Assembly (NCBI GenBank): GCA_942492935.1
Contig: OW818654.1
Location: 3,301,113 to 3,365,112 of the forward strand
Source of the DNA: an uncultured bacterium
GTDB lineage: Bacteria > Bacteroidota > Ignavibacteria > Kapaibacteriales > UBA2268
Direction: 5' to 3'
DNA length: 64,000 nucleotides
Shown: positions 10,423-19,965 of the stretch, piece after piece
How positions within the stretch are numbered: position 1 is the first letter of the stretch
Layout: every line of letters starts with the position of its first letter
Program-made: the position numbers and the translations under genes
The notes under the pieces: model-generated
Database searches by the model: none
What the model was told of the DNA's origin: nothing
The model's input: only the letters and a program-made list of their open reading frames with translations

Positions 10423-10461
10423 AATTAGTCAGACACCACAATTAAGTGGGTCTGGCTAATT
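10423..10461. terminator. hairpin terminator candidate after the redoxin gene
   Basis: AATTAGTCAGAC / GTCTGGCTAATT stem with one G-U pair. Confidence 0.5.
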
Positions 10462-10504
10462 ATGATTTACATCTGCTATTATGATTTTAATGCAAGAATC
10501 GCAC

Positions 10505-10568
10505 ATCATCACCCGCAACACCGTAGGTGTTGAATGCGTATTTGAACTATTCAATTCCGATAGGATTG
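10505..10568. repeat. 64-bp inverted copy of 1923-1986
   Basis: Reverse complement matches 1923-1986 at 63/64 positions; contains the CAACACCGTAGGTGTTG palindrome. Confidence 0.9.
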
Positions 10569-11026
10569 TTTGTATTAATTCTAAGATATTGTTTTATATA
10601 GGTTTACATTATTTGTGAAGTATGTTCAAATACATATCCCAAAATTTTCTGTTTTTGGTTCTTTATTTTTTTTGGTGTTAATATAAACAATTATAGTTGT
10701 AATTTGATATTAAAGTTAAAAATGCATCATTAACTTGCATAACAAATTACTTTCAAGTATTTCTTTCTATCAATTTGCAAAAGTTTAATGAAAATTTTTT
10801 GATGAAAATTGCTGTCTTAAAAAATAAAATTTAAATTTTTTTCCCTACCCTTAAACGACAAAATACCTTCAATCAGACCTTAATTTTGTACTTTGTTATT
10901 TGACAATATAAATTTTTAGTAAAAAGTGAATTGGGGTATTGAAAAAGTGATGTTGCAACCACACGCCCAAATACCCTATTTACACTGTAAAATACCCTGT
11001 TCATGTAATAGTGGATTTGTATATAA

Positions 11027-12659
11027 CCTAAAAGTCTAAAATAGAACATGGATTAAGTCGTCTAAGTAATTGATTTTACAAGAATTAATTAACAAAAACG
11101 TAAACCCAAAAAGGTACTTAATCCATGCAAAACAAAAATACGAAAAAACCTGCAAATATCAAAACAAGTTTTGATTCAAAATCTTTGACCAACTTTAGTG
11201 GCATTAAAGTTATTTCTAAATTTATGCGTAAGATTGGCATAGAATCAATGTTCGATATGATTGATTTGAATTTGCATCACAATATTAAATTTACAAATTT
11301 CCAAATTTTATCAACAATAATTTTGGGAATATTTAGTGGTTTTAATCGTGTAAGCAAAATTGAATCATTTAGTCGCGACCCATTGATACAAAAATTGTTG
11401 TGCTTAGCTACAAATATTGATGCCGACACTATATTCAATAGAATCAAGCGTTTCGGAATGAATGAAAACAATCAAATCATGAACATAAATGGAAAATTAT
11501 CGTCAAAAGTTCATGATTTATTGAAGACAAACAGGGATATATTAGATTTAGATTCAACCGTTCATACACTTTATGGTCATCAAGAAGGTGTTGCCAAAGG
11601 ATTTAATTCAAGCAAAAAAGGAGCAAAAAGTTATCATCCAATTATGTGTTTCTTAAACAGCACTAAGGAATGTTTGTTGAGTTGGCTTCGTCCCGGCGAT
11701 ACTTATACAGCCAATAATTCGCACGGATTTATTGAGCAGGCATTTGGATTGCTCCCTTCCGGCATACAAGAATTATTAGTACGAGCCGACAGTGGATTTT
11801 TCAACGGTATACTATTGCAAGTACTTGAATCACGTAAAAATACGCTATATTTAATCAAAGTAAAATTGAAAAACTTGAACAGTCTCTTATCAAGTCAGGA
11901 TTGGGAAAGCATTCCCTTAATGCCAAATTGGCAAATGACAGAATTTATGTACAAGTGTGCCGACTGGGAAAAAGCAAGAAAGTTTGTTGCATTACGCAAG
12001 AAAGTGCTGGTTCATACTGAAGATGGATTATTTAAAACCGATTACTATTATGACTATTTTTGTTATGTAACTAATATATATGACAGTCCCTTAGAGATTC
12101 ATCGTTTGTATGGTGACAGAGGCGAGAGTGAAAATTGGATTGAACAAGTAAAACGACAAATGTTTGCCGGAAGCATGATAACGCAAGATTTTTGGGCGAA
12201 TGAAACATTATGGCAAATGAGTGTCTTGGCATACAATTTAAGTTTATGGATGCGAAAATTGAGCGATGAAAAATCTTGGCGTGAAGAGCCAAACACTTTT
12301 CGTGCATGGTTTGTGCAGGTGGCTGGCAAGATTGTAATTAATGGACGAAACCTTTGGTTAAAAATGTACGAAGCATATCATTATAAAGACAGGTGGTTGA
12401 AAATTGAAAAAGCGGTTGATAATTTGGTTTTTGCATAAAAAAACAAATTACAAACAAAAATCAGATGCAAATTTTGTTGTAGGAAAATCCGAAAGGGAAA
12501 TCTATGAACTAAACGTGCTTAAATATTAGAAATCATGAAATTTCAACAGTAAAATCTCCAGCAAAACTTGAAATTTCACCCCAATGCTAAAAAATTCCAA
12601 TTTTGATTAGCATAAAATGCTGTATTCTAAATTTATTTATCGTACTTTAGATTTTTAGG
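11027..12659 (+). mobile_element. IS1380-family insertion sequence (1633 bp)
   Basis: TIRs CCTAAAAGTCTAAAAT (11027-11042) and ACTTTAGATTTTTAGG (12644-12659), 14/16 match, CC ends; 5-bp target duplication TATAA (11022-11026 and 12660-12664); single transposase ORF. Confidence 0.92.
11125..12438 (+). CDS. IS1380-family DDE transposase
   Basis: LDLDST, YHP, VRADSGF, YxxRGESEN catalytic motifs; 437 aa. Confidence 0.92.
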   Translation: MQNKNTKKPANIKTSFDSKSLTNFSGIKVISKFMRKIGIESMFDMIDLNLHHNIKFTNFQILSTIILGIFSGFNRVSKIESFSRDPLIQKLLCLATNIDADTIFNRIKRFGMNENNQIMNINGKLSSKVHDLLKTNRDILDLDSTVHTLYGHQEGVAKGFNSSKKGAKSYHPIMCFLNSTKECLLSWLRPGDTYTANNSHGFIEQAFGLLPSGIQELLVRADSGFFNGILLQVLESRKNTLYLIKVKLKNLNSLLSSQDWESIPLMPNWQMTEFMYKCADWEKARKFVALRKKVLVHTEDGLFKTDYYYDYFCYVTNIYDSPLEIHRLYGDRGESENWIEQVKRQMFAGSMITQDFWANETLWQMSVLAYNLSLWMRKLSDEKSWREEPNTFRAWFVQVAGKIVINGRNLWLKMYEAYHYKDRWLKIEKAVDNLVFA

Positions 12660-12682
12660 TATAAATAAAACTCTTTAAATTG

Positions 12683-14053
12683 TTATCCTTTTTCTATCTC
12701 TTCTTCTACTTTTCTTTTTGCTTCTTCTAATAGGTCTTTGCTTTCTTTTCTAAGTTTATGGCTTTCTTTAAGTTTATTTACTATGATATTTTGTAAATCA
12801 ATAGATATAAATGGAATAATGAATTTATCAATATCTTTGGGGTATAATTCAACTTGAGCAGAACCTGCACATAATTTTTCGGTTTGAAGTTTTCCTATTA
12901 ATGAATTCATTACAAAACCAACATAGTAAGGATTTTCATCTATAATTCTTAAAATATTTACATGGTTGCTTGCCATTGCTTTTTCATTAGATGAATATAC
13001 TTGTGTTCTACCTATATTTGCTCCAGTAGTGTAAATCAAAATATCGCCTTCAAAAACACGAGCTTTTTTCTGTTTTTCCCAGAAATTCATATCTGTTTTC
13101 TCAAAATTATCATAATCTAATGTATTATCAAGAATGTGTTTACTATTAATCACATTTAACAATCCATCTTTGTTATAAATTGGCTGTAATCCACGATTAT
13201 TATAAGTTTTAATATTTTCAATTGTTTTGATATGTTTCGCATTTTTACTGATTATTTGCACCATCTCCGCATATTTGGGCTGGAAATATTCGCTGTCGTA
13301 TCTTTTTGCATTATCAATTTCTTTTTTAGTAGTAGAAAACCAAAGAGAGTGTTTAACTTCATAATTCAAAAGACCAAGTTCTTCTAAAAGCATTACTTCT
13401 GCTTCTTTGTAAAGTTGTTTAGATTGAGATTGTTTTTGTTTAGAAGTTAAAATTATTTTTTCAATATCTAATTGTATTGATTTCTCCAAAATAGGTACCG
13501 CAATAGTTCTTATTCTAGACATAGCGACAGTAGGTTGCCCTGATAGTGTTTTTTCTCTATCAAGTATTGTTTGTCCAATTTTGGAATTTAAAAAAGTGGA
13601 TAAATAGAAGGAATTTATTAAATTTGTTGTATTTCTTATAAGACAAATATTTGGACCAAGCTGATAACTATTATCCAAAATAGTTAGACATCTTCTATAT
13701 TCTCCAGTATAAGATAAAACAACATCCCCATAATATAACTTTGATCGAGTTAAAAATTCATTTGCGATTTTTCTGTCAATTTTTAACGCCCCTTCATCTA
13801 CCAAATTTTCATTTTGTATATTTAAACTTGTAAGTGCAATATAAAAATCATCAGATTCAATATTTTGTTTCGTAAAATATTTAGTATATTCAAAACCAGC
13901 TAATTTTGTAACATCAAACTCATTACCAATTCTAGAAAATTTGCCGCTTTCAATTTTTGAAATTAATTTTAAAATAAAGGGTCTAAAATACTCAGCATCA
14001 ATTCTGTTAGCTTCGAGTATATCTTTATATTTTATATGTGATATTTGTGGCAT
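12683..14053 (-). CDS. restriction-modification specificity (S) subunit, two TRDs
   Basis: Two similar halves opening RIDAEYF / RYDSEYF, each followed by GD(V/I)L motifs and coiled-coil spacers; ATG at 14053 (track TTG at 14062). Confidence 0.85.
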   Translation of the reverse strand: MPQISHIKYKDILEANRIDAEYFRPFILKLISKIESGKFSRIGNEFDVTKLAGFEYTKYFTKQNIESDDFYIALTSLNIQNENLVDEGALKIDRKIANEFLTRSKLYYGDVVLSYTGEYRRCLTILDNSYQLGPNICLIRNTTNLINSFYLSTFLNSKIGQTILDREKTLSGQPTVAMSRIRTIAVPILEKSIQLDIEKIILTSKQKQSQSKQLYKEAEVMLLEELGLLNYEVKHSLWFSTTKKEIDNAKRYDSEYFQPKYAEMVQIISKNAKHIKTIENIKTYNNRGLQPIYNKDGLLNVINSKHILDNTLDYDNFEKTDMNFWEKQKKARVFEGDILIYTTGANIGRTQVYSSNEKAMASNHVNILRIIDENPYYVGFVMNSLIGKLQTEKLCAGSAQVELYPKDIDKFIIPFISIDLQNIIVNKLKESHKLRKESKDLLEEAKRKVEEEIEKG

Positions 14054-14058
14054 GGGTT

Positions 14059-15036
14059 TCAATTTCCTAATTTATTAAATTCTTTTTTCCAATCATCCAT
14101 TTTCATAGGAATTTTATTTTCTGCTTTCTCCTGAGCAATTAAACAAATGTGTATAGCTTCTTCATTTATTTTATTCTTATCTAAAACGGAAAGATAATCA
14201 TATATTCCTTTTTTTACCAAACCATTTTCTTTCTTCAATTCAATTACGCTTTTACCAAACAATTTCTTGTATATTATATTGGATGTTCTAGCTAAGTCTA
14301 TTCCATCAACTCTAAAATCTATACTAGTTACATATATATCAATAATTTTTTTCATTGGTTTGTCTCCTGAATTAATTATATTTTTAATCCTAAATGTAAG
14401 TTCGTCAAAATAGCTACTACTAAAATATAATTTATTCTTATTTTCAATTTCTTGATTTATTAAAATTCTTTCAATTATAGGATATAAAATTTTATATGAA
14501 CATTCTACCAATTTCAAAAAATTTTGATTTTCAATATCAAAACTACCGTGAACAAGATTACATCTAATTTGATAAATGATTTCTAAAGTTTGTTCGTAAA
14601 ACTTTTCCTTATTTTCTTCTAAAATTTGGAATTTATTATGAACTGTTGAAAAGTAAGTAGGTTCTTTCTCTTCTCTTTTATTCACATATTCTGAAATTAA
14701 ATCAGTTTTATTACCTTTTTCATCTTTTATTTTAAAATTAACAGATTCAGTAGATCCATCACTTTTTTCTTTTTTCAAATCAAAGTTTTCTAAACATAAA
14801 ATTAAATCGTTTATTGCATTTTGAAATTCAAAATCTATTTCTGAATTTAGATTTAATAATCTTAAAAATTCAGTTTTTAATTGTCCACTTTTTTTGTATT
14901 CATTTATAGCATTTCTGTCTTTACGTAATGATGGTTTATCTTTTTTATACCAATTATTAAAAGCCATCCAAAGTTTTAAAAATGGTGTAATATATTCAAT
15001 TTCTGCATTATCAAATAATTTTTTGTACTGTGCCAT
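14059..15036 (-). CDS. HEPN-domain protein with an extra C-terminal domain
   Basis: FLKLWMAFNNWY helix and Rx4H motif IRCNLVHG; about 130 aa C-terminal extension. Confidence 0.65.
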   Translation of the reverse strand: MAQYKKLFDNAEIEYITPFLKLWMAFNNWYKKDKPSLRKDRNAINEYKKSGQLKTEFLRLLNLNSEIDFEFQNAINDLILCLENFDLKKEKSDGSTESVNFKIKDEKGNKTDLISEYVNKREEKEPTYFSTVHNKFQILEENKEKFYEQTLEIIYQIRCNLVHGSFDIENQNFLKLVECSYKILYPIIERILINQEIENKNKLYFSSSYFDELTFRIKNIINSGDKPMKKIIDIYVTSIDFRVDGIDLARTSNIIYKKLFGKSVIELKKENGLVKKGIYDYLSVLDKNKINEEAIHICLIAQEKAENKIPMKMDDWKKEFNKLGN

Positions 15037-15122
15037 GTAAAAACCTATTAATTATACTTTCCAAAAAATTTAAATTCTGTTATTTTGCCCAAGTTACAAT
15101 TTGGTTTGTTATAGTTTTCAAA

Positions 15123-16094
15123 TTACTTCTTTGCTATAGTTTTCAAACTTTCCAAATACTCTTTTTCTACTGGAGAAAGTGTTTTTACCTGATATTTTTT
15201 ATATTCTATTTCGGCTTTTTCCATTGCTTGCTCGTGACTAATTTTTCCAGCATTTTGCAAAGTACCTTTCCCATAATTTGCAGTAAATTTATCAAGTTCA
15301 TTTATCCAATCTTGCATTTTCATTTCTTCATGCTCCATTGCTTTCAGTTCTGCAAGGTCAAAAAAAGCAGATACCAAACGATTGAGTCTTTGTAGTTCTT
15401 CCTGCTCAAGATAATTTTTGGCAATAGAAATATCTTTTTTAACTGGAATTTCGCCAGAAAAAGTTTTTAGTCCCATAAATTCTCTTTCAGCATCAGCGCG
15501 TTCATAAATCAGCTCTGCGGCGGTTTGTTTATTAACAGCATAGTGAAGTTTATTTTGCACAGTGGCAAAAAATAGTTTTGATTCAGCACTTTTTGGTTCA
15601 TAATCAATACTCGTTGCATACAAATCTAACACCTGACGATACAAAACCTTTTCACTGCTTCTAATGTCACGAATTCTCTCGAGTAATTCTTTCCAATAAT
15701 TACCTCCACCCGTGCCTTTAAGCCTTTCATCGTCCATGGTAAAGCCCTTGATGATGTATTCTTTGAGTCGAGCCGTTGCCCATTTACGAAACTCGGTGCC
15801 ACGTAGCGATTTTACTCTATAACCAACAGATATAATGACATCCAAATTGTAGTAATTTGTTGCTTTTTGTTGAAATTCGGAAATTCCGAATTTGTGCATT
15901 GTCTCGCTTTCAATAAGCTCTTTATCATTATAAATATTTTGAATATGTTCATTAATAGTAGATTTTGCTTTTCCAAAAAGTTCAGCCATTTGCTCTTGAG
16001 ATAGCCATACGGTTTCATCTTCCATTACAACATTAACAGAAACTTTTTCATCTGCTGTTTTGAAAATGATTATTTCGCTGTTTTGATTTTTCAT
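15123..16094 (-). CDS. rhuM: RhuM-family (Virulence_RhuM) protein
   Basis: ETVWLSQEQMAELF, YNLDVIISVGYRV, FRKWAT, ERIRDIRSSEK, FFATVQNKLHYAV, KNYL. Confidence 0.9.
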   Translation of the reverse strand: MKNQNSEIIIFKTADEKVSVNVVMEDETVWLSQEQMAELFGKAKSTINEHIQNIYNDKELIESETMHKFGISEFQQKATNYYNLDVIISVGYRVKSLRGTEFRKWATARLKEYIIKGFTMDDERLKGTGGGNYWKELLERIRDIRSSEKVLYRQVLDLYATSIDYEPKSAESKLFFATVQNKLHYAVNKQTAAELIYERADAEREFMGLKTFSGEIPVKKDISIAKNYLEQEELQRLNRLVSAFFDLAELKAMEHEEMKMQDWINELDKFTANYGKGTLQNAGKISHEQAMEKAEIEYKKYQVKTLSPVEKEYLESLKTIAKK

Positions 16095-16112
16095 ATTAAA
16101 AAAACTTATAAA

Positions 16113-18155
16113 TTAAACATTCCAAAAACTTAAATTCTGTTCTTTAGCCCAAATTTCAAATGCTTCTGCAATTTCTTTGAGGTCATGCTTTTGAATTAAG
16201 TGATTATGCTCGTCAAGAATTCTTTCACCATTTTCATTTGTCAAGTATACTTCTTCACCAGAATTATCTTTACCACTATTTTCGCTTACTGCCATAAAAA
16301 CTTCATAATCATCAACTTTAGGATTTATTTCATTATCCCATTTCTGAACAAAAAGCACTGAAGTTTTTGTTCCGGTATGTGGTTTAAAAGTATTTCCATC
16401 AAGCCCTACTACAGCTATAAGCCGTGCTTTTTCCATTACAAAACTTCTTATTTTCTCATCACTTGTATTGTTGAATCTACCTTGTGGCAAAACGATTGCC
16501 ATTCTACCGCCGGGTTTCAGAAAATCCAAATTTCTCTCGATAAACAATACATCACGTGAAACTTTATTTGCTTTTTTTCCTTTGCCATCAAATGCAACTT
16601 CGTAATTTGAAATAAGCCGTGAATCTTTAATATCACCAGCAAATGGTGGATTTGCCATAACAATATCAAACTTAAACTCCTTAGGATTTTTAGCATCAAC
16701 AGCCAAATCAAGCAGTCTTTGATAGCCGTCATTATAAGTTTTAACCCAAGCTCTATCCTTTTGCTTTTCTTCCCACCTGCTATAATCCAAAGTGTTAAGA
16801 TGCAAAACATTGGTTTTACCATCACCTGCAATCATATTTAAAGTACGTGCCACACGGACAGACTTTTCATCAAAATCAATTCCAAAAACTTTGTTCACAT
16901 AGTTTTTTTGTTCTATTGAAAGTTTTTGATTTGAGAAATTTGCAAACTGAGCTTTCCCTTGATTCACAAGCTTTTGCCAAACATTAAAAAGTGTATGAAC
17001 GGTAAAGCCACAACTTCCGCAGGCAGTATCAATCATTAATTCATCCGCATTAGGATTCATCATGTAAACACACATATCAATTACATTTCTTGGAGTGAAA
17101 TATTGCCCTTTTTCACCTTTAGCAGATTTGTTTACAAGGTACTCGAAAGCTTCATCAATAACTTGAAGATTTGAATTGAAAAGTTTTACGTTTTGTAAAA
17201 AACCAATGCAAATTTGCAAATGGTTTTCATCAGTGATTCTTAATGGTTCACCAATTTCAAAAATACCACCCCATTTTTCTTTAGCTTTTCTATAAAGTTG
17301 GTTTATAACGTCTTTTGTATGGTGAGCATCACCACGACTTCTAAATTCAAGTTTTCTATAATCATCGGTTTCAATTTTTTCAAGAATCTGCTTTTCAATA
17401 AGTTCTGGATTCTGCTTTTTGAAAATTTTAAATTGTGTTTCAATATTAACCCTATCTTCAGCACTTTCCATTTCATCATAAAGTTTTGTAAAAATCAATT
17501 TAAACACTTCCTCGAAAACATCAACACCTGCATTTGCAAGAACTTCATCTTCCATTTCTTGAATCAAATCTTTTAGTGATTTCCTTTCTTCAGTAAGTCT
17601 ATCTTTTAGCATTAATTCAAGATAAGTAAATCTTTCATTTTTAACATCATCAATCGTTTCTGTAGCTTTTGGAATATCAGAAAGTGGTTCGAAATAATTT
17701 GGGTCTAATCTTTCATAATAGTTTATCTCAACACCATTTGTCCAAACTGCAAGAGGTGAACCAGTTGCATTTGTATAACTTTTTAATTGGTCTTTACCAT
17801 CTTTAGCTTTATGCTTTTTTATTTCTAAAACGCAAAATACACTTGTTTTGTCTTTTTTATTAAGAATAACAATGTCAGCAAGCTTTTTTTCTCTACCAAA
17901 ATTAACAGTATATTCAACTTCAATTAAATCAAGTGTGTATCCATATTCATTTATGAGTTTGTCTATCATTAATTGTCTGACAATTTCTTCGGGCTTAACT
18001 TGAATATCTTTATTTCTTTTTAAACATTTCAGAAAAAGTTTGTTGCTTTTTTCAAAAATGTTATTTTCAATTCTATCTATACTATCAGGTGAGAAAATTG
18101 TAAGGTCGTATTTGCCATCAGATTTAACAAGTTGTGAAAGTTGAATATTTATCAT
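16113..18155 (-). CDS. restriction endonuclease (HsdR-N-like PD-(D/E)xK) fused to N6-adenine methyltransferase; Type IIG/IIB-like
   Basis: PEEIVRQ...ADIV...EIK...QLKSY...TNG nuclease; GQYFTPR, DTACGSCGF, NPPF methylase motifs; no helicase motor. Confidence 0.88.
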   Translation of the reverse strand: MINIQLSQLVKSDGKYDLTIFSPDSIDRIENNIFEKSNKLFLKCLKRNKDIQVKPEEIVRQLMIDKLINEYGYTLDLIEVEYTVNFGREKKLADIVILNKKDKTSVFCVLEIKKHKAKDGKDQLKSYTNATGSPLAVWTNGVEINYYERLDPNYFEPLSDIPKATETIDDVKNERFTYLELMLKDRLTEERKSLKDLIQEMEDEVLANAGVDVFEEVFKLIFTKLYDEMESAEDRVNIETQFKIFKKQNPELIEKQILEKIETDDYRKLEFRSRGDAHHTKDVINQLYRKAKEKWGGIFEIGEPLRITDENHLQICIGFLQNVKLFNSNLQVIDEAFEYLVNKSAKGEKGQYFTPRNVIDMCVYMMNPNADELMIDTACGSCGFTVHTLFNVWQKLVNQGKAQFANFSNQKLSIEQKNYVNKVFGIDFDEKSVRVARTLNMIAGDGKTNVLHLNTLDYSRWEEKQKDRAWVKTYNDGYQRLLDLAVDAKNPKEFKFDIVMANPPFAGDIKDSRLISNYEVAFDGKGKKANKVSRDVLFIERNLDFLKPGGRMAIVLPQGRFNNTSDEKIRSFVMEKARLIAVVGLDGNTFKPHTGTKTSVLFVQKWDNEINPKVDDYEVFMAVSENSGKDNSGEEVYLTNENGERILDEHNHLIQKHDLKEIAEAFEIWAKEQNLSFWNV

Positions 18156-18466
18156 ATTATTTCCAATAAACTTTTTGCTTAATTTTTCTTTCTCTTTACA
18201 AATTTACTAAATTTTTTTCTTCAACAAAAGAATAGTTTTATCACTTTACAAATTTATTTAAAAATTCAAATCTTAAGGTTTTGATGGTATTCAGTGTTTT
18301 GACTTATAACAAAGATTTAATCCCTCTGGAATTTCTTTAAATTGATAAGTATAAACAAATATTATGTCATTTCTTTCATTTCCATATTCAGAAACTCTGA
18401 AGAATGATAAATTTTGAAAGAAATGTTCAAAATGAATCAACATATAAAATTATATTCAAATTTGCA

Positions 18467-18919
18467 TTATTCAATATCTGCAATCAAAGGTATGATGTTA
18501 ATTAATTCTTTATACCGTTCAAAATCCTTCACGTTATGCGTGAATAAATCTTTAATATTGTTTTCTAACATAGTTGCAACAATATTTGCATCATGGATTT
18601 GTTTGCCGCCAACGTCAAAAACTTTGATTAGTTCAAATAAAATTTCTGTCGTTGCCTTTGATTCATTAAAAACAATAAAGTTATTAACGATATTGTTTAT
18701 ATCGTTAATAATTGCAAATTTGTTAATATTTGGCTCAATTGTTTTTTGTTTTGTCATAGTTGACAGATATTCTCTAACAATTTGTCTGGATATGCAGAAC
18801 TTATTAAACCGCAGCAAATCTTTTAATTTATTACTAACAAGTTCATTTAACGGATTATTCTTTATTTTAGCATATATTAGGATATTTGTGTCAATAAAAA
18901 CAATGTTGTATTTAATCAT
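18467..18919 (-). CDS. PIN-domain (VapC-like) toxin
   Basis: FIDTNILIY, QIVREY, IHDANIVATM, THNVKDF; ATG at 18919 overlaps the upstream stop. Confidence 0.88.
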   Translation of the reverse strand: MIKYNIVFIDTNILIYAKIKNNPLNELVSNKLKDLLRFNKFCISRQIVREYLSTMTKQKTIEPNINKFAIINDINNIVNNFIVFNESKATTEILFELIKVFDVGGKQIHDANIVATMLENNIKDLFTHNVKDFERYKELINIIPLIADIE

Positions 18920-19133
18920 ACATATCCTCACGTCTAAATGTATCATTAGGATTTACCAATTCAACATCGAAAGGTTCCATGATTTTCATGAAATTCTGCA
19001 ATTCAGATTGTGTATCATTGAACATTTCACTTTCGTTTATGATTATCTCAATCTTTTTACCGACAAAATGCTGAGGAAGTGTAAGAGTGAGATTTATACT
19101 TTCCAAATCAATGTAATTCCTATATGCAATCAT
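18912..19133 (-). CDS. putative antitoxin of the PIN toxin
   Basis: Small ORF with an acidic C-terminus ending RREDMYD, 8-bp overlap with the PIN start. Confidence 0.7.
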   Translation of the reverse strand: MIAYRNYIDLESINLTLTLPQHFVGKKIEIIINESEMFNDTQSELQNFMKIMEPFDVELVNPNDTFRREDMYD

Positions 19134-19219
19134 ATTATACACCATTATAACATTAAAATTAACTTTTATGATAAACGATTTTTAAAATCTAATATTTTAT
19201 TAATTTCTATGGATAATAC

Positions 19220-19261
19220 ATGCCCATCGAACTAAATAAATGTGCCATCGCTTATTGCGAT
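19220..19261. repeat. CCATCG-pair motif, copy 1
   Basis: ATGCCCATCGAACTAAATAAATGTGCCATCGCTTATTGCGAT. Confidence 0.8.
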
Positions 19262-19290
19262 ACCATATTCAGAAACCATGAAGAAGGATA

Positions 19291-19566
19291 TTATGAGAAG
19301 GGAAATGACTTTTCTGGATGGGCTTTTAACCATAAAGCATCGGCACAAAAATCTATTTCGTTTGGAAAATCAAGAGTTCTTCCGGCATTTCCAATTTTTA
19401 CATTGTAAAAATTACTGTCATCAAGAAGACATTCGAATACATTTCCTTTTTTTATTAATGGCTTTAAATCAAAATCATAAATTGTATTATCTGCAAACTC
19501 CAATATTACAATTCGGTTATCAATCGGAACTACTTTTGAAATTATATGCCAATTACTTTTTTTCAT
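19291..19566 (-). CDS. DUF2442-family protein (putative antitoxin)
   Basis: V.P.DN....LEFAD....FDLKP...F..V.IG..G.TL.FPNEIDFCADAL. Confidence 0.85.
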   Translation of the reverse strand: MKKSNWHIISKVVPIDNRIVILEFADNTIYDFDLKPLIKKGNVFECLLDDSNFYNVKIGNAGRTLDFPNEIDFCADALWLKAHPEKSFPFS

Positions 19567-19570
19567 ACTA

Positions 19571-19831
19571 TTATTCTAAAGGACTTATTTTATTAATAGA
19601 TTTGTTAACTTTTGCATTTTCCCAATTATCAAGTAATTCTTTATGGTGTTCTGCAGTCCATTCAAAAACCAATGATTTTATTCTTTTTGGAAGCTCACCT
19701 TTTATTATTTCAATTGGCATTAATGAGATCACCGCTTCATTATCATTATATTTTGCATGGAAATGTGGTGGATTGTGTTCATCCCAATACATATATATCA
19801 TTATACCAAAAAAACTTGAAATTATAGGCAT
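19571..19831 (-). CDS. DUF4160-family protein (HicA-like putative toxin)
   Basis: MPIISSFFGIMIYMYWDEHNPPHFHAKY. Confidence 0.9.
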   Translation of the reverse strand: MPIISSFFGIMIYMYWDEHNPPHFHAKYNDNEAVISLMPIEIIKGELPKRIKSLVFEWTAEHHKELLDNWENAKVNKSINKISPLE

Positions 19832-19920
19832 ACAATACTCTTTAATGTCATTTAAACAAATTTATTAACGAAAATTACTTTTAAATATTATTAATTAATA
19901 TCGGAGATAATTAAAAATTT

Positions 19921-19965
19921 ATGCCCATCGAACTAAAAAATTTACCATCGCTGATTTGGTCGATT
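19921..19965. repeat. CCATCG-pair motif, copy 2
   Basis: ATGCCCATCGAACTAAAAAATTTACCATCGCTGATTTGGTCGATT. Confidence 0.8.

Noticed and set aside
12683-18155. Complete Type I R-M system
   Set aside because: No HsdR helicase/translocase (DEAD-box motifs) in the window; the nuclease is fused to the methylase instead.
18414-19868. Plus-strand ORFs of 273 aa and 208 aa
   Set aside because: Antisense to four recognisable TA genes and lacking any motif. The other short overlapping ORFs in the track were dismissed for the same reason.
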